Assembly (NCBI GenBank): GCA_963804955.1
Contig: CAWDSQ010000001.1
Location: forward strand, 1-64,000
Length of the DNA: 64,000 nucleotides
Direction: 5' to 3'
DNA from: an uncultured delta proteobacterium
GTDB lineage: Bacteria > Desulfobacterota > WTBG01 > CAIYCZ01 > CAIRTM01
Shown here: in pieces, positions 44,272-54,862 of the stretch
How positions within the stretch are numbered: position 1 is the stretch's first letter
Layout of the letters: every line of letters starts with the position of its first letter
Made by a program: the position numbers and the translations under genes
Notes under the pieces: generated by a model
The model's input: only the letters and a program-made list of their open reading frames with translations
What the model was told of the DNA's origin: nothing
Database searches by the model: none

Positions 44272-45674
44272 TCATGGAAGCCGCAAGAGCCTGGGATTTT
44301 CCAATGGCTCAGCAACCAACTGAATATCTTTTAGCATCCAAGTCATTCCATCCTTAAAAACAGAAACCTTCTTCCCCTCGGAGAAGGATCTGGCCTGATA
44401 GTTAACAGGAATTTCGGTGGGATGAAACCCCTTGCGGTATAACTTTATAACCAGCTCGTGGTCAAAATCAAAACGATTATATCGAAAATTCAGTCCATAA
44501 ACACAGTCTCGGTAAAAAACCTTGTACATTGTAAAGGGGTCTTTCATGTTTGACCCTAGTAAAAAGTTTATAATTCCAACAAAAAAGATATGCCCACAAT
44601 TAAAAAAACTAGCAATGATTGGCATATCGTTGAACTTGCGCATCTTCCAATCACCCACATGGCGAGAGCCCAGAACGAACGAGGCACGCCATGAGATCAG
44701 CTCATCAATGAGTACGTCATAGTCGTTAACATCGTATTCGAGATCCGCATCTTGAATAAGAATAATGTCCCCTGTAGCCGCAGCAAAACCCTCGCGGACC
44801 GCATGTCCCTTGCCCTTGGGCTTTTCCTGCCAAATAATGTCAATTTTTTCATGGCCTTCGTATTTTGCCACGAGTTCCCTCGTGCCATCAGTAGAGTTGC
44901 TTTCTACAATTATGACCTGAATATCAACTCCGGTAATATCCTTTGCCAGAACACGATTAATTGCTTCATTAAAGGTGCTAAACTCATTGAACACCGGCAT
45001 GATTACAGAAACCATAGGTCGCTCACGCTTCGCGCCAATCCGTGCGGAAACCACAGCAAGCTGCGATCCATTCTGGTCGGTCTCCGGGTTGCTCAGCCAG
45101 ATTTGATTAAAATTTGAAGCCAGGAGCAATTTGTGAAATGCGCACCAGTCCGGCCAAAATCTTGCAGGCGTTTCACGCATTAAGAGCGATTTACGAAGCC
45201 ACCTGTGATTCCCACCCACCAGCTCAACCAAAAATACTATAGGCTGAGATTCACTCAGTCGCTCTCGCAGCAAGCGCAGTGCTGCAAGGGGATCAACCTG
45301 ATCCAGTAGGTGATCATCCACAATGAAACTGCCACTGCCCCCGGGATACGCAGCAAGCGATCCGAAATCGACAACCTTTAGGCGATCTTCACCGCATACT
45401 TTCTCAAGCAATGCCTGCAATGACTTATTACCGCCCTTAGTGGTAACAAGAGTAACCATATCCTTTGATTGGTTTAGAAGGTTATTTACAAGCGATATGG
45501 ATTTTTTCAAATAGTTCCTGAGCCTGCTTATGCTGCGGAATAAAGTCAATATCTTCTAGTAATCCACAATTCAGTGCAGTGAACAACACGGGTATTATTC
45601 TTTGAAAAAACATACGCTCGATGCTCGCATCTGCACAATGGGCATGGGGCAATATTTTTGGTTTCAGGTATCAT
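44272..45674 (-). CDS. DPM-synthase-like GT2 with N-terminal Zn-ribbon / degenerate methyltransferase-like region (frameshifted 5' end)
   Basis: C-half has MPVFNE, GKGHAVREG, IQDADLEY, GSR and YKVF; ATG at 45674 reads MIPETKNIAPCPLC...HCTE-CGL. Confidence 0.75.
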
Positions 45675-46158
45675 CCCTTAACTCCCTGCTCGCCAGGAGC
45701 ATACGTTGTTCGCGCAATTGTAAAAAGATCGCGAAATATTGATATATATCGGCGCAGCCAGCTTCTCTTGTGTCCGATCTTTACACCATTTGAAGAGAAA
45801 ATTATATAAAAAACCGGGGCAAAGATAGCCAATGCACTGAGCTGGTAATTTTGATTGTATGTCTGATAACGATTGCATTGCATTTTCCAATATGTTGGAC
45901 GTAAAAACAAATGCTATTTTTCCGTGAAAGCACGCCTGCTGTTTTTGGTATACCCCCTCGCCCTGTTGTTTTATTCCGACATTTTTATATTGAAGGTACA
46001 TGCCTCTTTTGTTTTTAGAGACCCGGGTTTTTATTGGCGCTGGTACCCAACAAATGCAACTTTCGTTTTTGCTATAATCATAAAATGTATTATGCCTATA
46101 GAGGCGAGGAATTTATAAATCCCAATATGCAATTTGCATGGAACAAGTTTTTTGAAAC

Positions 46159-46354
46159 TTTTATTTTTTAGAAACGGAAAGACATGCCATTGCGGGTTCA
46201 GCAGGAGCTGCTCTCTTCCTCACGATACCTCTTTTTTTATGGCGGCATGGCTGATGAGATGCGGGCTCTGTCATTACTGTTTCCTGCCATAGACCTGCTT
46301 GGCGTCTATTCGCTCTATCCTGTGAGAGCGACCCTGCGGGTTATCAGGAAAAAA
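46159..46354 (+). pseudogene. Diverged duplicate of the 3' end of the 35983..37091 membrane gene
   Basis: LFFYGGMADEMRALSLLFPAIDLLGVYS vs YAGWADELRALSLMFPAIYLLAVYS; DNA-level similarity to about 36882-37104. Confidence 0.75.
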
Positions 46355-46439
46355 ATAAACCGGGGCCAAAAGCGGCCGGCTGGTTCACAAGTGCAAAGTG
46401 GTTTTGAAAATCGGCTTGGAGATGGTCATCGTTTGCTGT

Positions 46440-48465
46440 TCATTCCGAAAAGATTTCTTTAATGCTGTCACCTTGCGCTATAAAATACCGGTACCCTGGA
46501 TAGAGCGCCATCATTTCTTTGTTGCGGTCTCCGGAATCCACCACGTAGAGGACCTCGTTGTCCAGAAAAGGAGAATTGGCCATCAAAAGGCAGCCAAAGA
46601 TATGACGTGTAAAAATAATTGCTTTTCCAACCTTCTGATGTTCGACCTCGCGGAGCAGTGGCGGGTTGACTCCCCAATAGTTGCTGCTGTAGACCTTGTA
46701 GAGGGCCGGTACGTTTGACGCCAGGGCGTACAGCGTGCAGAAAACCAGTACGGCCGTTGTGAGCCCATACAGGCGCCTGACAGATACTGCTCTTTTTAGC
46801 ACCATTCTGGTGAGGTGCGGCAGGTTATGAATGCCGCGGGCGGTGAGCAGAATCATGATGCCCGCGGCTTCATACAAAAAGCGGGGGCCGAAGCACCAAT
46901 CTTGAAACCAGTAAAACAGGTAGCCGCCGGCAAGGCAGAGGAAAGAGAAAAACAGCAGACGGTCCCAGCGATTTGTTTTCCCTGATGCAAACAGGATAAA
47001 AACGAATATGAGCGAAGGTATCGGCCACTCGAACAGATACTTGTTCAAACCAACGAAATTGTTCAGGGTATTGCGTATGCCGCGCCCCAGCGTATGGGCC
47101 TCCCCCCAGCCTGCGTGACCAAAACCCGGCAGGTGACCATCGCCGTGGAGCATCTGATACCCGAAAATCAGGGGGCTGCCGTTGGTGAGATAATTAAAGG
47201 CCAGCAACAGAGCTACGAACACCGATGCCGCAAGCGACAGCGCGAGAAACGGCTTTCTGTAGTGCTTGAACTGCCGCCATAAAAGACAGCTGGCGTGGAG
47301 GGCAAACGGCAGCGCAAGAGCCGCCGCCGTCAAGGGACGTATATTGACGATCCAGCCAAGGCAGGCTCCTGCAAGAATTGCAGACAGCGTACTTTTCAGG
47401 CGCACTGTCCGGGCATAAAAAAGCAGGAATACTGTGAACAGGAACAGAGTGGTCACGTGGTTCATGAATTCCGATGACATAAAAAGAATGAACGGAGAGA
47501 AAAGGCTGAGCAACGCAGCCAGTCGCCCGATGGCTTCGCCATAGAACTCCCTGCCCAAAAAGTACAGAAGAACGATTGTAGCAGACCCCAGCAGCGGATT
47601 GATGAACCATGGCGCGCCCGCCAGAACCCCTAGCATCATCAGGAATGAGTGCCCCGGCGGATATTGAGAGTACCATCGGCCATTGTTGATGATATTATCG
47701 TAGTAGAAAAAATCTGAGAGCGGCGGAGACGGGGCTGTCAGGTGACCTGCGGCGAAATATTTTTCCGTGGAACACCTGTGCGACGCTGTCCTGAATATGG
47801 GGGATATGGTCAAAGGCAAACAAGGATACCATGTTTGTCAAAATGAACTCTGTCAGAAAAACAGCCATCAGAAACCACGGCAGCGGTGAGGCGAAAACGA
47901 AATCCCGCAGGCGACGCCAAACGTTCAGATCGATGATATAGGCCGAGATGCCGATAAAGAAAAAGACGATGCCGTAGAGGCCAAGAGTCAGGTAGAGCGC
48001 TGCAGAGCGAACAAACAGCGGCGCGGGGTATCGTTTTTCCTCGAGAAAAAACCCCGAGAAAAAGCTGATCAGGAAGCATAACAGTGTCAGCGATGCAGCC
48101 CACAACGCGGGTTTGTTTTTAAAGAGAGCAGCAACCGCTTCTCTTGCGCCCCGAAACAGGCATGCCACCGCCGGAAGCACCACGAGCGAGAGGACGATAA
48201 AATATTCCCAGGGTATGCGCAGGTGGCCCGTGAAAAGAACATGACGGAATTCAACAAAACTTTCAGGGCCGGAATGCAGGGGGATATAACACATGTGCCA
48301 TGGCTCGCAGCGCCTGAACATCGCCGCCAGAACCAATGCTCCCAGCACTCCCAGGATGCTTTTTAAGGGGAACTTAAAAGGTCGGGTACAACTAAACACG
48401 TGATTGATTCCAAATAGTGATAAACCTGTTAGAATTAATTTTACTGCATTAATACAACTTTTCAA
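46440..48465 (-). CDS. GT-C fold membrane glycosyltransferase (ArnT-like), frameshift near 47760
   Basis: PHIQDSVAQ...GRWYSQYPPG, SPFILFMS, NIRPLTA and FGPRFLYE segments; many TM helices; start uncertain. Confidence 0.8.
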
Positions 48466-48722
48466 TAGAAGTGGGCGGCAGAGGCCGGATACACATAATC
48501 ATTTCATGAAACCCATTTACCTGAGTCTGTAGACCCTTACAACGAGAGATGTTTGGCTCAAGGGTAACATGTATCGAATTTTTCGTCCATTGTCTGATCA
48601 GCCACAAGCGCGACGGATCCCGCAGCCACTGATTTGGGACAGCTGCGGCACCGGCTTATTTATGCCGCACATTGCAAGTGCGGCGGCCGCGACAGTATGC
48701 GGAGTTTTGTATATTTACTCCT

Positions 48723-48893
48723 TTAGAGCTCAGCCATGAGCCGATGCAGCAACTTCAGGTACAGGCGGAGACCGACCGGCTGATACAGATCCACCGTGTG
48801 TCCCCGCTCGGCAATTACACCGAACAGGCAGGCAATTCCATAGTTGATCCCTCGTTCAAGATTGACGGTCGGATAGATAAAAAATATGTCCAT
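48723..48893 (-). pseudogene. 56-aa ORF resembling the N-terminus of a B12-binding radical SAM protein (deletion remnant)
   Basis: MDIFFIYPTVNLERGINYGIACLFGVIAERGHTVDLY...; lies 62 nt downstream of a consensus promoter. Confidence 0.5.
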
Positions 48894-48954
48894 GTGACGC
48901 GGCGGCTCTCTGAACCGGGCACGGCATTAACAAGATGCATTTTTGGATGGGCTG

Positions 48955-48983
48955 ACTATAAAACGAAGGCGACTGTGAGTCAA
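48955..48983 (-). promoter_or_regulatory. Sigma70 promoter
   Basis: Minus strand TTGACT-N17-TATAGT. Confidence 0.6.
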
Positions 48984-49212
48984 GGCAAATGCAGGTATAC
49001 GAGGTGCAGCAGCTGTTTTGAGGGCAGTCTGAGCGGAGGCTAAAGGAGGTTATCTGCACCGAGCGGGTTGTTTCGTTGTACCCCTTTCACCCTAAAGCTC
49101 GCATTAAATACTATTTATCAAGGGAGTAGTTCAGATCATGTGGCGGCACGGCATGCTGTGTTCCGGTTGTCACAAAGTGCGGGAAGTTTTTATCGCAAGC
49201 GAAAATAAGTAA

Positions 49213-49241
49213 TTGACATGAAATATTAAAACATATACGTT
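49213..49241 (+). promoter_or_regulatory. Putative sigma70 promoter of the por operon
   Basis: TTGACA-N17-TACGTT, 36 nt before the ATG at 49277. Confidence 0.55.
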
Positions 49242-49276
49242 GCAAGAAAAATCTGCTAAAACCGGGGGCATATTTC

Positions 49277-49825
49277 ATGATTGAAATAAGATTGCACGGG
49301 CGGGGCGGGGCAGGCGCGGTGACATCGGCGGAGCTGATGGCCATTACAGCCATTAATCTGGGAAAATATGCCCAGGCATTTCCGAGCTTCGGCCCCGAGC
49401 GCCGGGGCGCGCCGGTCGTGGCCTTCTGCCGCATCGATGACAAGCAGATAAAACTGCGCACCAATATCAATAAGCCAAATATCGTTCTGGTTCTTGATCC
49501 CTCCCTTCTTACTATCGTCAATGTAGTGGCAGGACTCAGGCAGGGGGGCATGCTGGTCATAAACAGCCGGCACTCCTGTGAGGACATACGCAAAGAGTTC
49601 GGCTTCACGTGCAGCATTGCCGCGGTGGACGCCACAAAAATCGCCCGCGAGGCAACGGGCCTTCCCATCACCAATGTCGCCATGCTGGGCGCGCTGCTGA
49701 AAGCCCGTGAAATTTTTGCGCCCGACGCCCTGACCGGCCCGGTCAACAAGCGGTTCGGCCGTATTGCCGAAAAAAATCTCATAGCCTTTCATCGCGCTTT
49801 TGCAGAAACCAGCGTCTTAACTTAA
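49277..49825 (+). CDS. porC: Pyruvate/2-oxoacid:ferredoxin oxidoreductase gamma subunit
   Basis: EIRLHGRGGAGAVT, FPSFGPERRGAPV and NVAMLGA motifs. Confidence 0.92.
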   Translation: MIEIRLHGRGGAGAVTSAELMAITAINLGKYAQAFPSFGPERRGAPVVAFCRIDDKQIKLRTNINKPNIVLVLDPSLLTIVNVVAGLRQGGMLVINSRHSCEDIRKEFGFTCSIAAVDATKIAREATGLPITNVAMLGALLKAREIFAPDALTGPVNKRFGRIAEKNLIAFHRAFAETSVLT

Positions 49826-49848
49826 TAGACAGCAGGAAGGAGACAGCT

Positions 49849-50151
49849 TTGGCAAAAACACCAAAGTCTGAACTGGAACTTACCTGGAAAGACCTTGAAG
49901 TGGGTTGCGTGATCAGCAATCCCGGCAATGCCTGCCAGTATAAAACCGGCGATTGGCGCTCAATGAAGCCGGTAGTCGACAAAACACACTGCATCCGCTG
50001 CGGCGTATGCTATATCTTCTGCCCCGACATGGCGGTTCACAAGACCGATGACGGGTATTTTGAGGCTGACCTCTACTATTGCAAGGGATGCGGCATCTGC
50101 GCCCGCGAGTGTTTTACCGGCTGCATAACCATGATACCGGAGGTGGAATAA
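49849..50151 (+). CDS. porD: Pyruvate/2-oxoacid:ferredoxin oxidoreductase delta subunit (2x4Fe-4S)
   Basis: KTGDWRSMKPV, CIRCGVCYIFCP and YCKGCGICAREC motifs. Confidence 0.92.
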   Translation: MAKTPKSELELTWKDLEVGCVISNPGNACQYKTGDWRSMKPVVDKTHCIRCGVCYIFCPDMAVHKTDDGYFEADLYYCKGCGICARECFTGCITMIPEVE

Positions 50152-51329
50152 TGGGGGAGAGAGTAGGCATTGAAGTTTCGATTGCCGCAGCCGAAGCCGT
50201 GAAGATGGCCAATGTTGATGTGATTGCAGCCTACCCCATAACTCCGCAGACCCACATCGTGGAGCACCTGGCGGAGGTCGTGGCCGATGGCGAACTGGAT
50301 GCCGAGTTCATTCCTGTCGAGAGCGAGCATTCTGCCATGAGCGTGTGCTGCGGCTCATCGGCAGTGGGCGCCAGGACATTTACCTGCACAAGCTCCCAGG
50401 GCCTTGCCCTGATGAACGAGATAGTTTTTATCACGGCCTCGATGCGGCTGCCGGTGGTCATGGTGCTTGCCAACCGGTCGCTCTCGGGCCCCTTAAGCAT
50501 CTGGAACGATCACTCCGATGTCATGTCCATCCGCGATTGCGGCTGGGTTCAGGTTTTTGTGGAAAACGGCCAGGAGGTGTTCGACCATATCATGTTCGCT
50601 TTCCGCGTTGCCGAAAGCCAGAATGTTTCCCTGCCCGTAATCGTCAATCTCGACGGGTTCATCCTCACCCATGTGATTGAGCCTGTTGAGTTCTGGGACA
50701 GTGAAACCGTCAAGAAATACCTTCCCCCTTTCAAGCCCGTAAACCGCCTGCACCCGGACAACCCGGTCACCATGGGCGCCTTCGGCATGCCCGGCATTTA
50801 TACCGAAACCCGAAAGGCGCAGGACAGCGCCCTCATAGAGGCAAAGCCGGAAATTCTGAAAGCCTGGCAGGAGATGGCGGATCTCACGGGCAGGCACTAC
50901 AAGCCTGTTGAGTCCTATCACGCCGAAGGGGCAGAAACCCTGTTTCTTACCATGGGCAGCATCGGCGAAACCGTGTCCGTTGCCGTTGACGAGCTGCGGG
51001 CCGAAGGTAAATCAGTCGGCCAGCTGAGCCTGCGGCTGTGGCGGCCCTTTCCCTTTGAAGAGTTCCGGCAGGCGGCAGCCGGCGCTAAAAGAATCATTGT
51101 TCTTGACCGCGCGGTTTCCATGGGCGGCCAGGGCGGCCCCGTGGCAACGGAAATACGCTCGGTGCTGTACAAGGAGAAGAACATGCCCGTGGTCACCAAT
51201 TTCCTGTGCGGTTTTGCCGGCCGGGATGTCACGGTTGAGGATTACAAGGCCATGTTTGAAAAGGCGACAAAGATGTCAAAGCGCAGGGTGCGCGAAGAAG
51301 ACTATATCATATACGGGGTGAGAGAATAG
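50151..51329 (+). CDS. porA: Pyruvate/2-oxoacid:ferredoxin oxidoreductase alpha subunit
   Basis: AYPITPQT, VESEHSAMS, TSSQGL and DGFILTH motifs. Confidence 0.93.
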   Translation: MGERVGIEVSIAAAEAVKMANVDVIAAYPITPQTHIVEHLAEVVADGELDAEFIPVESEHSAMSVCCGSSAVGARTFTCTSSQGLALMNEIVFITASMRLPVVMVLANRSLSGPLSIWNDHSDVMSIRDCGWVQVFVENGQEVFDHIMFAFRVAESQNVSLPVIVNLDGFILTHVIEPVEFWDSETVKKYLPPFKPVNRLHPDNPVTMGAFGMPGIYTETRKAQDSALIEAKPEILKAWQEMADLTGRHYKPVESYHAEGAETLFLTMGSIGETVSVAVDELRAEGKSVGQLSLRLWRPFPFEEFRQAAAGAKRIIVLDRAVSMGGQGGPVATEIRSVLYKEKNMPVVTNFLCGFAGRDVTVEDYKAMFEKATKMSKRRVREEDYIIYGVRE

Positions 51330-52267
51330 TGGAACAGCTCAATGTCTACGCGTCACGCCTGATTTCCAAAAAAGAATACTTTTGCGCCGGGCCACCGGGC
51401 CTGCCAGGGATGCGCCGAGGCCCTTGCCGTGCGCAATGTGGCAAAGGCCCTGGGCAGCAATGTGGTTGTTGCAAGCGCTACAGGCTGCATGGAGATCATC
51501 TCCTCGCCCCTGCCGTTTACCAACTGGCGGGTTCCCTGGATACATGTGGCCTTTGAAAATGCCGCCGCGGTAATATCCGGGGCCGAGGCAGGCACCAAGG
51601 CGCTGGTGCGCAAGGGAATGCTTCCCGATATCAAAACGGTATTTCTCGGCATGGGCGGCGACGGCGCCACCAGCGATATCGGGCTGCAGGCCCTGTCGGG
51701 CGCTTTTGAGCGGCGGCATAATTTCGTCTATGTCTGCTATGACAATGAAGCATACATGAACACGGGCATTCAGCGCTCATCGGCCACGCCCTTCGGCGCG
51801 TCAACCACCACGTCGCCGGCGGGCAAGGTCAAGAAGGGCCAGTTTACCTGGAAAAAGAACATGCCCGAAATCGCCGTCGCCCACAATGTTCCCTATGTGG
51901 CCACGGCCTGCTCAAGCTACCCTTTTGATCTTATCGAAAAAGTGCAGAAGGCGCGCAAGAATGGAAGGGCCCGGCCTATGTGCATATTCTTTCCATTTGC
52001 CCCACAGGCTGGCGCATCCCGCCGGACCGCGCCATCTGGATCGGCCGGCTTGCCGTTGAGACCGGGGTGTTCCCCCTGTATGAAGTGGTCAACGGCAAAT
52101 ACCGCATAACACATGAACTGCCCGAGCGCCGGCCCGTTGAGGAATATCTCAAGGCCCAGGGAAGATTCCGGCACCTGACCCCTGATATGATAGAACGGAT
52201 TCAAAAGCGGGTAGACAAAGAATACAAAAGGCTCAAAACAAAAGAAATCCTTGAAGAAATATGGTGA
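51329..52267 (+). CDS. porB: Pyruvate/2-oxoacid:ferredoxin oxidoreductase beta subunit (two frameshifts)
   Basis: [19 protein letters not shown]...[14 protein letters not shown] (ThDP motif), CPTGW and [11 protein letters not shown]. Confidence 0.9.
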
Positions 52268-52753
52268 GGCAGAGCATGCAGGCAAAGATACTGGAGATCA
52301 TTTCCCGCTACGGCTCGGACAAAGGCTTCCTGGTTCCCATACTGCAGGATGTGCAGAAGGAGTTGAATTACCTGCCCGAAGACGCGCTGGTCATGGTGAG
52401 CACGCTTCTGGAGATTCCCGTCAGCCGCATCTTCGAGGTTGCGACCTTTTACAAGGCCTTCAGCCTTACCCCGCGAGGCCGTCATCAGCTGAGCCTGTGT
52501 CTGGGCACGGCCTGCCATGTGCGCGGCGCGCCCCTTATTTCGGGCCATATCGAGCGGGCGCTGGGCATCAGCGCAGGAGAGACATCACCCGATCTTGAGT
52601 TCACTTTTGAGACGGTCAACTGCCTCGGGGCCTGCGCCCTCGGGCCCGGTTATGGTGGTTGACGGCGACTATCACGGCCAGCTCACCATAGCAAAAACCA
52701 ATGCGATCCTGCGGGATCTTGGCAGGAAGGTGCCCTCTGATGAAGAAGCTTAA
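52261..52753 (+). CDS. NuoE/HydC-like 2Fe-2S subunit (frameshift near 52645)
   Basis: VATFYKAF, CLGTACHVRG and VNCLGACALGPV motifs. Confidence 0.9.
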
Positions 52754-54607
52754 ATCACCCGGTGAGCTTGCAGCCCTGCAGGAGGAAATCCGCAAGGGGC
52801 GCGACCCGAACAAACCCTGCATCACCATCTGCGCGGGCACGGGCTGCCTTGCCTACGGCACGCAGAAGATTATCGAATGCTTCAGGCAGGAGATTGAAAA
52901 GCAGCAGCTGCAGGACAAGGTGCAGCTGCGCACCAGCGGCTGTCACGGTTTCTGCGAGCGCGGACCCATGGTGGTCATCCACCCGCAGAAGATTTTCTAC
53001 CAGCGAATCAAAGCCGAGGATGTTCCCGATATTATCACAAAGACCGTTCTTGCCGGCGAGATCATCGACCGCCTGGCCTATGTCGACCCCGCCACAAAGC
53101 AGAAGATCGTCTATGAGCATGACGTGCCTTTCTATAAGCTCCAGACGCGCTATGTGCTGGGCATGAACGGCGATATCGACCCGGCAAGCTCTTGACGACT
53201 ACCTTGCCATCGGCGGGTACAGCGGCCTTGCCAAGGCCCTCTCCGGCATGAAGCCCGAGGCCGTTATCGAGGAGGTGAAAAAGGCCAATCTTCGCGGCCG
53301 CGGCGGCGGCGGTTTTCCGGCCGGCTGGAAGTGGGACTCCACCCGCAAGGCGGCGGGTGAGCCCAAGTACGTTATCTGTAATGCCGATGAGGGCGACCCC
53401 GGCGCCTATATGGACAGAAGCCTGCTTGAGGGCAATCCGCATCTGGTGCTTGAGGGCATGATTATCGGCGCCTATGCCATCGGCTCAAGCAGGGCTACAT
53501 CTACGTGCGCAATGAATATCCCGCTGGCCGTGCACAATGTCACCCTTGCGATTGAAAAGGCGCGGGAGGCCGGGCTTCTGGGTGAAAATATTCTGGGCTC
53601 CGGGTTCAGCTTCGATATCAAGATCAACCGCGGCGGCGGGGCTTTTGTGTGCGGCGAATCATCGGCCCTGTTTGCCTCCATCGAAGGCCGCAGCGGCGAG
53701 CCCCGGGCAAAATATGTGCATGCAACCGACCAGGGCCTTTACAACAAGCCCACCAACCTCAACAATGTTGAGACCTGGGGCAATGTGCCCCTCATCATCA
53801 ACCGGGGCGCAGACTGGTACGCAAGCATCGGCACCGCAGAACAGCACGGGAACGAAAATATTTTCGCTGGTCGGCAAGATCAACAATACGGGCCTGGTGG
53901 AAGTGCCCATGGGCATTACGCTGCGGGAGATCGTCTATGACATCGGCGGCGGCATCCCCAAAGGCCGCAAATTCAAGGCCGTGCAGACCGGCGGCCCTTC
54001 GGGCGGCTGCATCCCCGAGCAGTTTCTCGACATGCCCGTTGATTTCGACGAGCTGACCAAGATCGGCTCCATGATGGGCTCGGGCGGCATGATCGTCATG
54101 GATGACCGCACCTGCATGGTCGACGTGGCAAAGTATTTTCTGAAATTTCTCGAGGAAGAGTCCTGCGGCAAGTGCACGCCCTGCCGCGAAGGCGTCCTGC
54201 AGATGCGCCTTATACTTGACCGCATCTGCGAGGGCCAGGGAAAGGAAGAAGACATCGACACCCTTGAGTGGATGGGCCAGGCGATCAATGACGGCTCCCT
54301 GTGCGCCCTGGGCGGCTCAGCGCCCAATCCCGTGCTCACCACCATCAAGTATTTCCGCAATGAGTACGAGGCGCATATAAAAGATAAAAAGTGCCCGGCA
54401 GGCGTGTGCAAGGCCCTCATCACCTACAGCGTGGATCCGGTAACATGCACGGGCTGTCATGCCTGCGCCCGGGTGTGCCCCACGCAGGCGGCAACAGGCG
54501 AGAAAAAGCAGACCCACACGATCAGCCTTGAAAAGTGCATTAAGTGCGGCGCCTGCTATGAGGCCTGCAAGTTTGATGCGATAGTGGTACAGTTAGGGCA
54601 GGGTTAA
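52740..54607 (+). CDS. NuoF/HydB-like NADH-binding flavoprotein with N-terminal 2Fe-2S and C-terminal 2x4Fe-4S (several frameshifts)
   Basis: [62 protein letters not shown]...CPAGVC and two CxxCxxCxxxC motifs. Confidence 0.92.
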
Positions 54608-54685
54608 AGTTCAGTGTTAGGTTGCAAGGTTTAAAGTTTGAAGTTAAAGTCCAAGGTTAAGAGTTCAGGGTTCGGGGTTCAGTTT
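54598..54685 (+). repeat. Degenerate heptamer tandem repeat (about RRGTTYR)
   Basis: AAGGTTT AAAGTTT GAAGTTA AAGTCCA AGGTTAA GAGTTCA GGGTTCG GGGTTCA immediately after the flavoprotein gene. Confidence 0.6.
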
Positions 54686-54743
54686 TTGTGGGTTGGGTTA
54701 AGCCCGGATAAAACCTTTGTTTTTGAATAAGTTCATAAAAAGC

Positions 54744-54830
54744 CGTCACCCCGGTGAAAACCGGGGTCCAGAATAAATGCCTGATTCGTTAAAGGCTCTG
54801 GATACGCGAAGCATGTCCGCCGGTATGACG
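54744..54830. repeat. REP-like palindromic element
   Basis: CGTCACCCCGGT-GAAA-ACCGGGGTCCAG...CTGGATA...CCGGTATGACG; same architecture as 37403-37468. Confidence 0.65.
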
Positions 54831-54862
54831 AAAACGACACAACGACTGAAAAGGATGCTGCG

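Noticed and set aside
45678..46118. Short ORFs on both strands upstream of the heptose cassette
   Set aside because: No motifs and no consistent frame; treated as intergenic or decayed DNA.
53193..53195. TGA in the nuoF-like gene as selenocysteine
   Set aside because: The homologous sequence resumes in a different frame, so read-through would not restore the protein.
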